Assembly: GCA_934691225.1 (NCBI GenBank) | Contig: CAKUSQ010000002.1 | Span: 1 to 32,000, forward strand | DNA length: 32,000 nucleotides | Source: an uncultured Opitutales bacterium | Lineage (GTDB): Bacteria; Verrucomicrobiota; Verrucomicrobiia; Opitutales; UBA9783 | Direction of reading: 5' to 3' | Shown: one piece after another, positions 8,285-16,133 of the stretch | Layout: each line of letters begins with the position of its first letter | Numbering within the stretch: the first letter of the stretch is position 1 | The notes under the pieces: generated by a model | What the model was told of the DNA's origin: nothing | Databases searched by the model: none | Seen by the model: the letters and a program-made list of their open reading frames with translations, nothing else | Program-made: the position numbers and the translations under genes

Positions 8285-9784
8285 ATGTACTTAATTTTTT
8301 TCACACTTTCTTACCTGTTCTATTTTTATACAACAGGATGCAATTTTACATTTTTCTCGGTTTCTTACTTGATAGAAGCCAGTCTGTTTATCTGTTTTAC
8401 AGAAAGTATATTGGTATGGTTTGTTAAGAAAACAAAACATGAGGAATTTTTATTTTTTACGTTCACTTTGAGTTGCTGTTTTATGTTTTTCATACCGTTT
8501 ATGCAAGTGGTACGTATTCATTTTTTTCAAAATTTAAGAAATGATTTTCCTATTATGTACGCTCATAGATGGACGATAGCAATATTTTTCTTATGTTCGA
8601 GTCTTTACTTATTGTTCAAATTTATAAAAATTGTTAATTTTAATCAAAATTTAAAAAAATCATTGAATTTTTTTGCGATAATACTTTTTTTACTAACAAT
8701 TTGTAATTTTTCAAAAATTTATGGAAATAAAAATCATCAATCAAGAAATAGTGAGTGCTCTACTCGAGCCGATAGAAATAAATACCCCAACATATATCAT
8801 ATTGTTTTAGACTCATATGTATCCTGTCGTTATTTATCCGAAGCTTATGATTTTGATAATACCGATTTTTACAAACAGTTAAGCAATTTGGGGTTTTGGT
8901 ATGACATGGATGCGAAAAGCAATTATAGTAATACTATTCCGACTTTTTGTTCATCCTTTGAAATGAATTATTTGAATACGGATGAATATAACGAGTATGA
9001 TTTACAAAGACGTATTTACTTTAATAATAAAGCTATAAGGACTTTAAAAAACAAAGGTGGATATCAATGTTATATCAATTCTCCCGACGTACCAACGTTA
9101 GAATCCATTGAATTTGATTTTCGTACGAAGAGATCTCGTTTAGACTTTTATTATTATCTTTTTTTAAGAACACCATTGGAATTTTTCTTGTTTAAATCTT
9201 TTCTAAAGAAACATTACAATAATATTTTCAATCAATTCCATCAAATGGTTTCTGTTAAAGAAGCGTATGGAGAACGTGGTAATTATTTTTTATTTCACGT
9301 AATTTGCCCTCATGAACCTTTTATTTTTACTGCTTCCGGAGAGCAAAATCCAAATTTAATTTCTAATATAGAGTCTATGTTTAGACCTGATAATAATATA
9401 AAAAATAAGGCTAGCGAATATTTAAATCAAATTAAAAATCTTAACGCTTTAACGTTAAAAGTCGTAAAGCAAATCCTAGATTCATACGATGAAAATAATA
9501 AGCCAATTATTATTATACACGGTGATCACGGCCTATCTGTGCAATCGTTGAGCGAGATTAATGCTTGGCGCTCAAATGATCTAAAACCAATGGATAGAGC
9601 TATGTTGAGCATTTTATATACTGTTTATTTGCCAAAATCATTAGGAAATTTACCTCCTCCCGAAGGCCTTGTAAATTTATACAGATGGTTGATAAACAGT
9701 CTATTTCAGGAAAAGATGGACTACTTGCCTTCAAAGCAAATTATGCGTATTGATAATTGTTTCATCCCTAATATCAATGTGTAA
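8285..9784 (+). CDS. Polytopic membrane protein with a C-terminal sulfatase / alkaline-phosphatase-superfamily domain (LtaS/EptA-like phosphotransferase type)
   Basis: Four to five hydrophobic segments are followed by YPNIYHIVLDSYVS (metal/nucleophile region) and IIIIHGDHG. ATG 8285 is the first ATG in the 8168..9784 frame. Confidence 0.6.
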   Translation: MYLIFFTLSYLFYFYTTGCNFTFFSVSYLIEASLFICFTESILVWFVKKTKHEEFLFFTFTLSCCFMFFIPFMQVVRIHFFQNLRNDFPIMYAHRWTIAIFFLCSSLYLLFKFIKIVNFNQNLKKSLNFFAIILFLLTICNFSKIYGNKNHQSRNSECSTRADRNKYPNIYHIVLDSYVSCRYLSEAYDFDNTDFYKQLSNLGFWYDMDAKSNYSNTIPTFCSSFEMNYLNTDEYNEYDLQRRIYFNNKAIRTLKNKGGYQCYINSPDVPTLESIEFDFRTKRSRLDFYYYLFLRTPLEFFLFKSFLKKHYNNIFNQFHQMVSVKEAYGERGNYFLFHVICPHEPFIFTASGEQNPNLISNIESMFRPDNNIKNKASEYLNQIKNLNALTLKVVKQILDSYDENNKPIIIIHGDHGLSVQSLSEINAWRSNDLKPMDRAMLSILYTVYLPKSLGNLPPPEGLVNLYRWLINSLFQEKMDYLPSKQIMRIDNCFIPNINV

Positions 9785-9825
9785 GTACTTTGCGTATCGA
9801 TTTGATACTTAGCACCTGTTTGCAT

Positions 9826-10125
9826 TTAAGATTTCCATCTGTCTGCACATACGCTTTGTGGTAGTATTTGACATTCAGCGCGATATTGTGCCCCATACTT
9901 CACATAACTATCACATGCCCAGAGGATGTTCTTCTCTGTTGTCCTATCCTGCAACAACAACGCCAATATTTCCGGATCCAAATCGTAAATATTCTGCTCA
10001 AGTATATCGATATCCGCCTCATCATTAAACTCTAGCAACGAAAGCTGATAGTGTTTCGGCTTGTTTATCCGCTTTTTATACGAAACGAAAGTTTTTGTGG
10101 CACACGAACAAGACATGATTCTCAT
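9826..10125 (-). pseudogene. Orphan 99-codon ORF, probably the N-terminal stub of a larger gene
   Basis: There is no downstream partner. It ends 42 nt from the convergent end of the glycan locus. The LLLQDRTTEKNILWACDSYVKYG segment looks like a conserved N-terminal region, but I cannot place the family. Confidence 0.3.
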
Positions 10126-10422
10126 TACCCCTAAGAATAAAACTTGCTACATTTATATATCGGCTGTTTTGAGGAACAGCTTAGGGGTTTTTGTAAAAAT
10201 GTTCTTTTTTTGCAGAGTTTTTAAAGTGTATTTTAAAAACATTGAAAATTTACAACGTTTTTAAGCTTCGCCTAAAAGTGATTGCAGACCTCAGATCGCC
10301 AAAATTTGAAAAATTGACGGCGATTTCGTCATTTTTACTTGATTTTTGACGAAACCTTAGCCCTTTAAAAACTTCCAAATAATCTTTTGCAATTTTCCGC
10401 TATTTGCCTGATAATAACAGGT

Positions 10423-11357
10423 ATGGGAGACTTATCTTTGCAGAAATTATCAGCAAATCGAAGGAATGCGCAATTGTCAACGGGACCGAAGACGGAAGCA
10501 GGTAAGGCTAAATCGGCTTTGAATGCGGTAAAACATGGGATTTTTACGAAAAAATGTTTAAAAAATATTTCCAATGAAGAATTGCGGGATTACGAAACGC
10601 TTATATTTGGTGTATTGTTTTGAAGGATTTTTTACAAAAAATCCCTCAAACTCCCTTAAAACTTTTACTCATTTTGCAACATTGTTGCAAAATAACGAAA
10701 AAGTTTTGAAGGGTTAAGGGAAGCTTTTTTCAAAAAGTTCCCTTATGGCGTTTGCGGAAAGTGCTTGCGTTTGAGCAGGGCGCAATGCAATTGGAAATTT
10801 TGAATCTGGATGCGTCCAGTTCAGCGGTAGAAGTGATTAGACGAGAATCTCTTATTAGAGACTATGAGAACCACAAAGCCGAATGGGCGGATTTAAATCA
10901 GCTTAAAAAATGGTTAACTTCTAATAAAACAACAAATTTATCCCATTTATCGAGAGATTCCTATGAACTCTTAGAAGAAATCGTCCAAAAATTAAAACAG
11001 CGTTTCCGAGAAAACTACCGGCACATGGATATCGAACTTTTAGAAAATTGTGAACAGCTCAGCGAATTTTGCACCTGGAACGAGTTGGATCTCGACAGGT
11101 TTAAAGCTGACGTGTTAGAGAGCATTGAAGACAAATTGCGTTCAGGTAGCAATATGCCGAATTATTACGAAAATGGCATTAAAGAATTTGATCATAAGCG
11201 TTCCGTTTATGAATCCGTAGCTCAACTCCCCTCGGCTGAAAACACCGACAAAGTCATCCGCTACGAAACACATCTGCAACGCTCTATCGAAAAGAATCTG
11301 CGCTTGTTGCGCTCATTGCAAGGAATTGGGCAGATGAGTCTTGGGTTTGTTTGGTAA
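10423..11357 (+). pseudogene. Hypothetical gene split into two ORFs (10423..10623 and 10710..11357) by a hairpin-rich insert
   Basis: The first ORF is MGDLSLQKLSANRRNAQLSTGPKTEAGKAKSALNAVKHG... The second frame is open from 10710 and reads ...WRLRKVLAFEQGAMQLE... before the TTG at 10752. Confidence 0.45.
10625..10742. other. About 120-bp block of three consecutive hairpins (MITE-like or REP-like insert, or a structured RNA)
   Basis: Hairpin 1 pairs 10625..10633 with 10636..10644 (ggatttttt/aaaaaatcc). Hairpin 2 spans 10653..10713: a 14-bp outer stem with one bulge and a 10-bp inner stem (attttgcaac/gttgcaaaat) around a 3-nt loop. Hairpin 3 spans 10718..10742 (gggaa..ttccc). Confidence 0.6.
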
Positions 11358-11362
11358 AATAA

Positions 11363-11391
11363 CTTTTCTTAGTGAAATTTACTAAGAAAAG
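11363..11391 (+). terminator. Perfect 11-bp stem-loop just after the 201-codon ORF
   Basis: cttttcttagt (11363..11373), loop gaaattt, then actaagaaaag (11381..11391). No clear T tract follows, so terminator function is uncertain. Confidence 0.35.
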
Positions 11392-11524
11392 ATAATTGAC
11401 TAAATTTTCTTAGCAGGCGTGGAGTATTCCTTCAGTATACTCTTTTTGCATATAAAATTAAAACTTTTAGGTTTTTTCATAAAATTTTTCAAAAAACTAA
11501 ATTTTTCCTAAAGTTTTTTAGAAA

Positions 11525-12856
11525 ATGGCTGATATATTTAGTATGGAAATAGTGAAGAAATTCGGAATTATAGTGATTGTGTTCTTGGTAGCGCAATCGT
11601 GGTTATTGGCTATACCAGAGTTTACTTTGCCTGTAGGGACGCCTGGAAGGCAGGAACAGATCGACCCTTTAGGGCAAATTCAAGCCCTTACAAGTTATCA
11701 AAATAGGCAATTTTGTGAAGACGTTCATATTCCAAATACAAATTGCCACTTATATTTCCCAATAGATGGTTCTCAACCTAGTACGCAAGATGCTGGGCTA
11801 TGGTCAGGAGCCCAATACGTTGGTCAACTTAATGATAATGAGGTAACCAATTGGTGGGTGAGGGTTTTTGGAGGGAATAAGGCAGTTAATTTTTCAAACG
11901 TAGGACAAGCACAACAACCTAAAGAACCCAAAATGGGATTTGCTAATGGATTTCCGGAAGTCATAATTAAACTTGGTTCAGCAGGTTTGAGGCAACAATT
12001 TTGGCGAACTTTTCGCGATATTGCTGCTGATCCTGTCGGTCGAGTTTTGTTGTATCGCTTGTTTATTGAGATTAGAAGAAGAGATAATGGTACATATGAA
12101 GGGTGTTGCGGAAATGATGTTATTTTACCAATAGCTTACAATTTAAATAGACGAAATACTTGTAGAAGTATAACTATTGTGTCTACGAACGATGGTTTTG
12201 CTTTTGATTTTTACAACCATACAATAGAATTTGATCTTAATGTTAACATAACTACTTCAACATTAGCTCTAAATGGTAATAATGAATTAACAACAGATGA
12301 AGAAAATCGTACTTACGATATTGCTCTATTTCATGAAATGTTACACTGGTTTCATAGCTTAAGAAATCCAAATCGTTTTAGTAATCTAGATTCTGATGAT
12401 CCTCTTGAATTCAAATACCCTTTACGTTGTTATTATGGAAACATAAACGAATTATGCGTTTGGGATGCAACTGCCGATGCAGAAGATATGGCAACAATTT
12501 TAGGATGTCCCAATTTGAATATACCTAATTTATTGCCACTCATTGCTAATAATGCATTTTTTTTACATAGGAATAACCATAATGATAGGCCTGTACAAAT
12601 TAATGGGATAAATCAATTTATCCCTATTGCAGAAACTTTTTTAAATGGTGACGATTTATCTGAAAATGTTTATCGAGCTTCCCAAGGACAACATATGCGT
12701 TTTGGGCATGTGACGACAGAAATTGAACCCGTTTCCTATCCTCGCGTACCCAATCGTTTTAATTTAGCTCATGAAATTGTGATAGAATGTTATCGTCAAA
12801 TTACAAATGGCAATCTACAGAATTGGAGGCTAATTCGTGGACAAGCAATTCAATAA
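11525..12856 (+). CDS. Secreted or membrane-anchored HExxH protein (putative zinc metalloprotease; effector or toxin candidate)
   Basis: 443 aa with an N-terminal hydrophobic segment (FGIIVIVFLVAQSWLLAIP) and a single HExxH motif in the context DIALFHEMLHWFHSLRNP. Confidence 0.5.
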   Translation: MADIFSMEIVKKFGIIVIVFLVAQSWLLAIPEFTLPVGTPGRQEQIDPLGQIQALTSYQNRQFCEDVHIPNTNCHLYFPIDGSQPSTQDAGLWSGAQYVGQLNDNEVTNWWVRVFGGNKAVNFSNVGQAQQPKEPKMGFANGFPEVIIKLGSAGLRQQFWRTFRDIAADPVGRVLLYRLFIEIRRRDNGTYEGCCGNDVILPIAYNLNRRNTCRSITIVSTNDGFAFDFYNHTIEFDLNVNITTSTLALNGNNELTTDEENRTYDIALFHEMLHWFHSLRNPNRFSNLDSDDPLEFKYPLRCYYGNINELCVWDATADAEDMATILGCPNLNIPNLLPLIANNAFFLHRNNHNDRPVQINGINQFIPIAETFLNGDDLSENVYRASQGQHMRFGHVTTEIEPVSYPRVPNRFNLAHEIVIECYRQITNGNLQNWRLIRGQAIQ

Positions 12857-12897
12857 TATGCTTGACAAATTTAAAAGAACAAAAACATCATAAAATC

Positions 12898-13296
12898 GTG
12901 AAAACAATAATTAAAACAATTTTTCTAACATTATTAGGCAGCGTTGCGTTGAACTTTTTAAATGCTGGTATGCCAGAAATAAGGAGCGAAGAATCAAAGA
13001 TAAGAACGGAGATTTCTGGTTTACGTGGAAACAATCTTACGCCTGAAGTATTGGAGGCTATTATAGAAAAAATACAAACGGTTTGTAGTGTTATTGAAAA
13101 AGGAATAAATAGCCTAAAAGGTCATGATCGTATGGCCGGTGCACAAGCTTTAGGACGTTTAGAAGCAGATTTAGCATTTTTAAAAGCAATCCTTAAATAT
13201 GTAGTAAATTCCAGTACAGAAAATAAAACCTTATTAGATTCTTTTGCAAAGAGCAGTTATAGGTATAGTGTTTTGTTAAAAAAGCTAAATATTTAG
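12898..13296 (+). CDS. Small secreted helical protein of unknown function
   Basis: The in-frame GTG at 12898 gives a signal-peptide-like start, (M)KTIIKTIFLTLLGSVALNFLNAG. The ORF-track start at 12787 would overlap the preceding gene by 70 nt. Confidence 0.45.
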   Translation: MKTIIKTIFLTLLGSVALNFLNAGMPEIRSEESKIRTEISGLRGNNLTPEVLEAIIEKIQTVCSVIEKGINSLKGHDRMAGAQALGRLEADLAFLKAILKYVVNSSTENKTLLDSFAKSSYRYSVLLKKLNI

Positions 13297-13451
13297 TAAA
13301 ACTTCTGAAAAAGTTAAAGAAAAATTCGGCACTGGGTTTAGTATTTATGTGGACTAGAACTCGAAAAATTACCTTTTAACCTTTTATTTTGTAATAGCTC
13401 ACTGCCTTTTATCAGTATGTACGAAATCCCCATCAAAGTATCGTAACGTAA

Positions 13452-14375
13452 TTAATCCATCCCAGCCTCCGGATTCAGATACAACAACTGTTGCCACCGG
13501 CCTGTTTTCTTGCGGATACAGCCGGGGAGGCGGCTCATATGGGAAGGGTTTTTGCAGGCGGTATCGATGCCAAGAGGTTTTAAGCATTGCTCGAAAAATT
13601 TCTGCTCGATTTTTATTTTCCATTCATCGAGGGTATGAACATCGGGTATGCGAATCCAAGCGTGTATACTCTTATTACCGGAATCGATGAGGGCAACCAC
13701 GGGTAGTTCGTGGAGTGCCACTCCCAAAAATGCAAATTGTTCATTACGAGATAGCGTGTCAAATTTCAGTACGGCGAATTTAAATTTGCAAACGGCTTCG
13801 TCGCAACGATAAGATAGGGCCTTGGATTTTGTTGGATGCAGTTGTCCATCGACGGAATTTGGGCAAATAAACGGTAAAGACATTGGATTTTTTTTGAAAA
13901 GATCTATCCATTGACGGACTGTTCGAACTTTTGTATCATATTGAGTGCCGATAAATAAGAAATCATCAGGATCGTAAAGTGTTCGCAAGAAAAGTACCGT
14001 ATCTTTTTCTGGAGCATCAAATAATCGAACTGGGGAAGCTTCCCAGAAATCAACCTCTTCTGTTCCCTTGCCTTTTTCTAGCAGATGATCTCGATATTCT
14101 GAAGAAATTTTTGATTTGGACACAGAATTTTTAAATGGTTTTTCAAATATGCTACGGTAAGGAATGTAATCGCTCTTCGCTTTTGAAATGGCAGCATAAA
14201 TTTCACTGTCAGGAACGTAGCGGGTTCCATTGGGGATATGTTGTCGAATGTCTGCAAAGATTTGTTCCTCCGAAAGCCCTTCGCGAATTCCGCAGTTAGC
14301 GACTCCAAGAAGAGCTGTATGGCAACCCTTACCCAGAGCTGGGATTGAATAAAGTTTTTGAATATAAGTAGTCAT
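13452..14375 (-). CDS. Primase-like / replication-initiation protein of the integrative element
   Basis: 307 aa with the motif ALIDSGNKSIHAWIRIP (an SGxxSxH-type motif seen in primase-polymerase-like island proteins) and the C-terminal RLPGCIRKKTGRWQQLLYLNPE. It lies next to the Walker-A protein gene. The family assignment is from memory. Confidence 0.45.
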   Translation of the reverse strand: MTTYIQKLYSIPALGKGCHTALLGVANCGIREGLSEEQIFADIRQHIPNGTRYVPDSEIYAAISKAKSDYIPYRSIFEKPFKNSVSKSKISSEYRDHLLEKGKGTEEVDFWEASPVRLFDAPEKDTVLFLRTLYDPDDFLFIGTQYDTKVRTVRQWIDLFKKNPMSLPFICPNSVDGQLHPTKSKALSYRCDEAVCKFKFAVLKFDTLSRNEQFAFLGVALHELPVVALIDSGNKSIHAWIRIPDVHTLDEWKIKIEQKFFEQCLKPLGIDTACKNPSHMSRLPGCIRKKTGRWQQLLYLNPEAGMD

Positions 14376-14381
14376 GGTATT

Positions 14382-14499
14382 CCTTTAAAATTGTCACAAC
14401 TGTCACAAAGTGTCACATTCGATTTTGTGACAGTGCTTTGTTAGTATTCATGCAGGATAGAAAGCGTTTTTAGTTACTGTCACGATTGTCACAATAGAC
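14382..14499. repeat. TGTCAC iteron array, copy A
   Basis: TGTCAC occurs at 14392, 14401, 14411, 14478 and 14487, and inverted (GTGACA) at 14427. Spacing within clusters is 9-10 bp. The array overlaps the last codons of the DUF3987-like gene (..YCDNRDSN*). Confidence 0.85.
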
Positions 14500-15771
14500 A
14501 TACTTATTGTCTAAACGTAACCAAGGATCTTGTTCTACAAGTTGTACGAAAGGATCCTTGTCTATATGAAGTTTGCGATAAGCTTCGCGAATGGGAACTT
14601 TACCGTTATTTTCCAGTAAAAGAGCATAAAATTTGTCTAACAGTTTGTCCTGATTTTTGTTATAAACCTTATCTATAAAGTTCATTTGTTGTTGAGCAAA
14701 AAACGTTTTTTGAATTTTAATCGCTTTTTGAAATGTATCTGCAGATAACGGTTCTTCGGCAGGGAACTCATACATATGTAAGCTTCCTGCTATACGTATA
14801 GCCATTTCGGCCCAACGTTTCATAAAGATTGCGATACTTTCATTCGATCTTAATCTTTGCTGAATGGAATTGTAATAATAACGATAGAGCGGATAAACAT
14901 CCTCATCAGCGCTAATAATTACCGGTTTTCTTTTCAAATCTTCCTTCAGCAGATCTTCCCAACGTTTATGCACCTTTTTTTCAAGATCTGCGTTCAGCAG
15001 AATAGGTATTTCTGGCAACAATCGAGGTTCCATTTGACCGTAGACGCATAAAAATCTTGCTAACAAACCGCTGTCTTTTAGCGATTTATGCCTAAATAAG
15101 TACATAGCTTTGTCAGGTTGTACAGCAACAGTGATGTTAATAAGAGGATGGTTTAGATTGATATTTTGTCCGTTGTTGCGTCTAATGAAACAATGATCTC
15201 CCGAAAACCCTTTCAGAAGCAAAGCTTCGTCCGTTACCCTGTCTTTGTAACATCCTGCGATAACATCAATAACTTTTCGTGCATCTGAAGAAAAATAACA
15301 TGACCTCTCGTCATTTTCCGCTAAAACATTTGCAAGGCACTTCGAGGTAATATCTTCTACAAAGAGTTGAGAATGCTTTGATGGGCTTGACCCTGACGAA
15401 ACTGATGATGAACGTAACTCGCTATTTTTGTCATAAAATGGCTTTAATACCTGTTCAAAAATATTTGTTTTCCCGAAACAGCTTGGTGCAATAAATAATC
15501 CATAGAGATTGATTGGTGTCACTAAGTTCGAATCAACCTTTACAGAAGTTTTTCTGAAGCAAGATGCAGCGGTTGCAAACAGCATCAAGGGTGCGGAGAA
15601 GTCTATCGGAATTTGTTCAGCACGTTGCAATTCCAGTACGTAAGCTTGCAAGTCTTTAGGTAAACAATCTAGCGGGAAAGTACTATGTATATCTTCTTCC
15701 ATTTGTAAATAACCGCTTTTTCTTGCACCTTCCATAAATTTTTCTGCTAATTCAGACACTAACTCAGACAT
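14470..15771 (-). CDS. DUF3987-like Walker-A (P-loop) protein, putative island helicase/replication protein
   Basis: The Walker A motif is IAPSCFGKTN. ATG 15771 (MSELVSE...) is preceded by GGGAGG 5 nt upstream on the coding strand, so it is preferred over the track start at 15804. Confidence 0.55.
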   Translation of the reverse strand: MSELVSELAEKFMEGARKSGYLQMEEDIHSTFPLDCLPKDLQAYVLELQRAEQIPIDFSAPLMLFATAASCFRKTSVKVDSNLVTPINLYGLFIAPSCFGKTNIFEQVLKPFYDKNSELRSSSVSSGSSPSKHSQLFVEDITSKCLANVLAENDERSCYFSSDARKVIDVIAGCYKDRVTDEALLLKGFSGDHCFIRRNNGQNINLNHPLINITVAVQPDKAMYLFRHKSLKDSGLLARFLCVYGQMEPRLLPEIPILLNADLEKKVHKRWEDLLKEDLKRKPVIISADEDVYPLYRYYYNSIQQRLRSNESIAIFMKRWAEMAIRIAGSLHMYEFPAEEPLSADTFQKAIKIQKTFFAQQQMNFIDKVYNKNQDKLLDKFYALLLENNGKVPIREAYRKLHIDKDPFVQLVEQDPWLRLDNKYVYCDNRDSN

Positions 15772-16003
15772 GATAACCTCCCTTCTTATGTAAATTGCAG
15801 TCATTTTGAGTATCCTCTATCGCTTGAGCAATGAATTCATTCAAATCTTCCTGCCGAAATTTCCGCAGACGTCCTAGCTTAACCGACTTCAACGGGTAAC
15901 GTTTCGTCGATAACCAAACCGCTATCGTGTTCGGTTTTACGCCTAGGTAGTCCGCGGCTTCTTGTATTGATAATAATTTTTTAGTGTTTTTATCCATATA
16001 CAC
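15764..16003 (-). CDS. Excisionase / AlpA-type helix-turn-helix DNA-binding protein
   Basis: 79 aa. LSIQEAADYLGVKPNTIAVWLSTKRYPLKSVKLG matches the HTH_17/Xis pattern. It sits between the integrase side and the replication genes. Confidence 0.7.
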   Translation of the reverse strand: MYMDKNTKKLLSIQEAADYLGVKPNTIAVWLSTKRYPLKSVKLGRLRKFRQEDLNEFIAQAIEDTQNDCNLHKKGGYHV

Positions 16004-16031
16004 AATTAAACCACAGAATGAACAAACATTA

Positions 16032-16072
16032 CTAACGGACAGAAATTAAAAAAAATATTTCCTGTCCGTTAG
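16032..16072. promoter_or_regulatory. Perfect 11-bp inverted repeat upstream of xis (operator or terminator candidate)
   Basis: ctaacggacag (16032..16042), 19 A/T-rich nt, then ctgtccgttag (16062..16072). It lies between the stop of the 321-codon gene and the xis start. Confidence 0.45.
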
Positions 16073-16133
16073 TTATCTTTTAGCCTAAAACTAACGTGTT
16101 TTAAGGCGTTAAATCTCAAATTTAAAAACTAAA

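Noticed and set aside
10365-10574. 69-aa minus-strand ORF antisense to 10423..10623
   Set aside because: The plus-strand ORF carries a conserved-looking basic N-terminal motif (NRRNAQLSTGPKTEAGKAKSALNAVKHG), while the antisense ORF has none. Only one can be real.
13399-13623. 74-aa ORF overlapping the 3' end of the primase-like gene
   Set aside because: It is an alternative frame of the same strand. The 307-aa frame ends with a coherent conserved-looking tail (RLPGCIRKKTGRWQQLLYLNPE), and I see no evidence for a frameshift.
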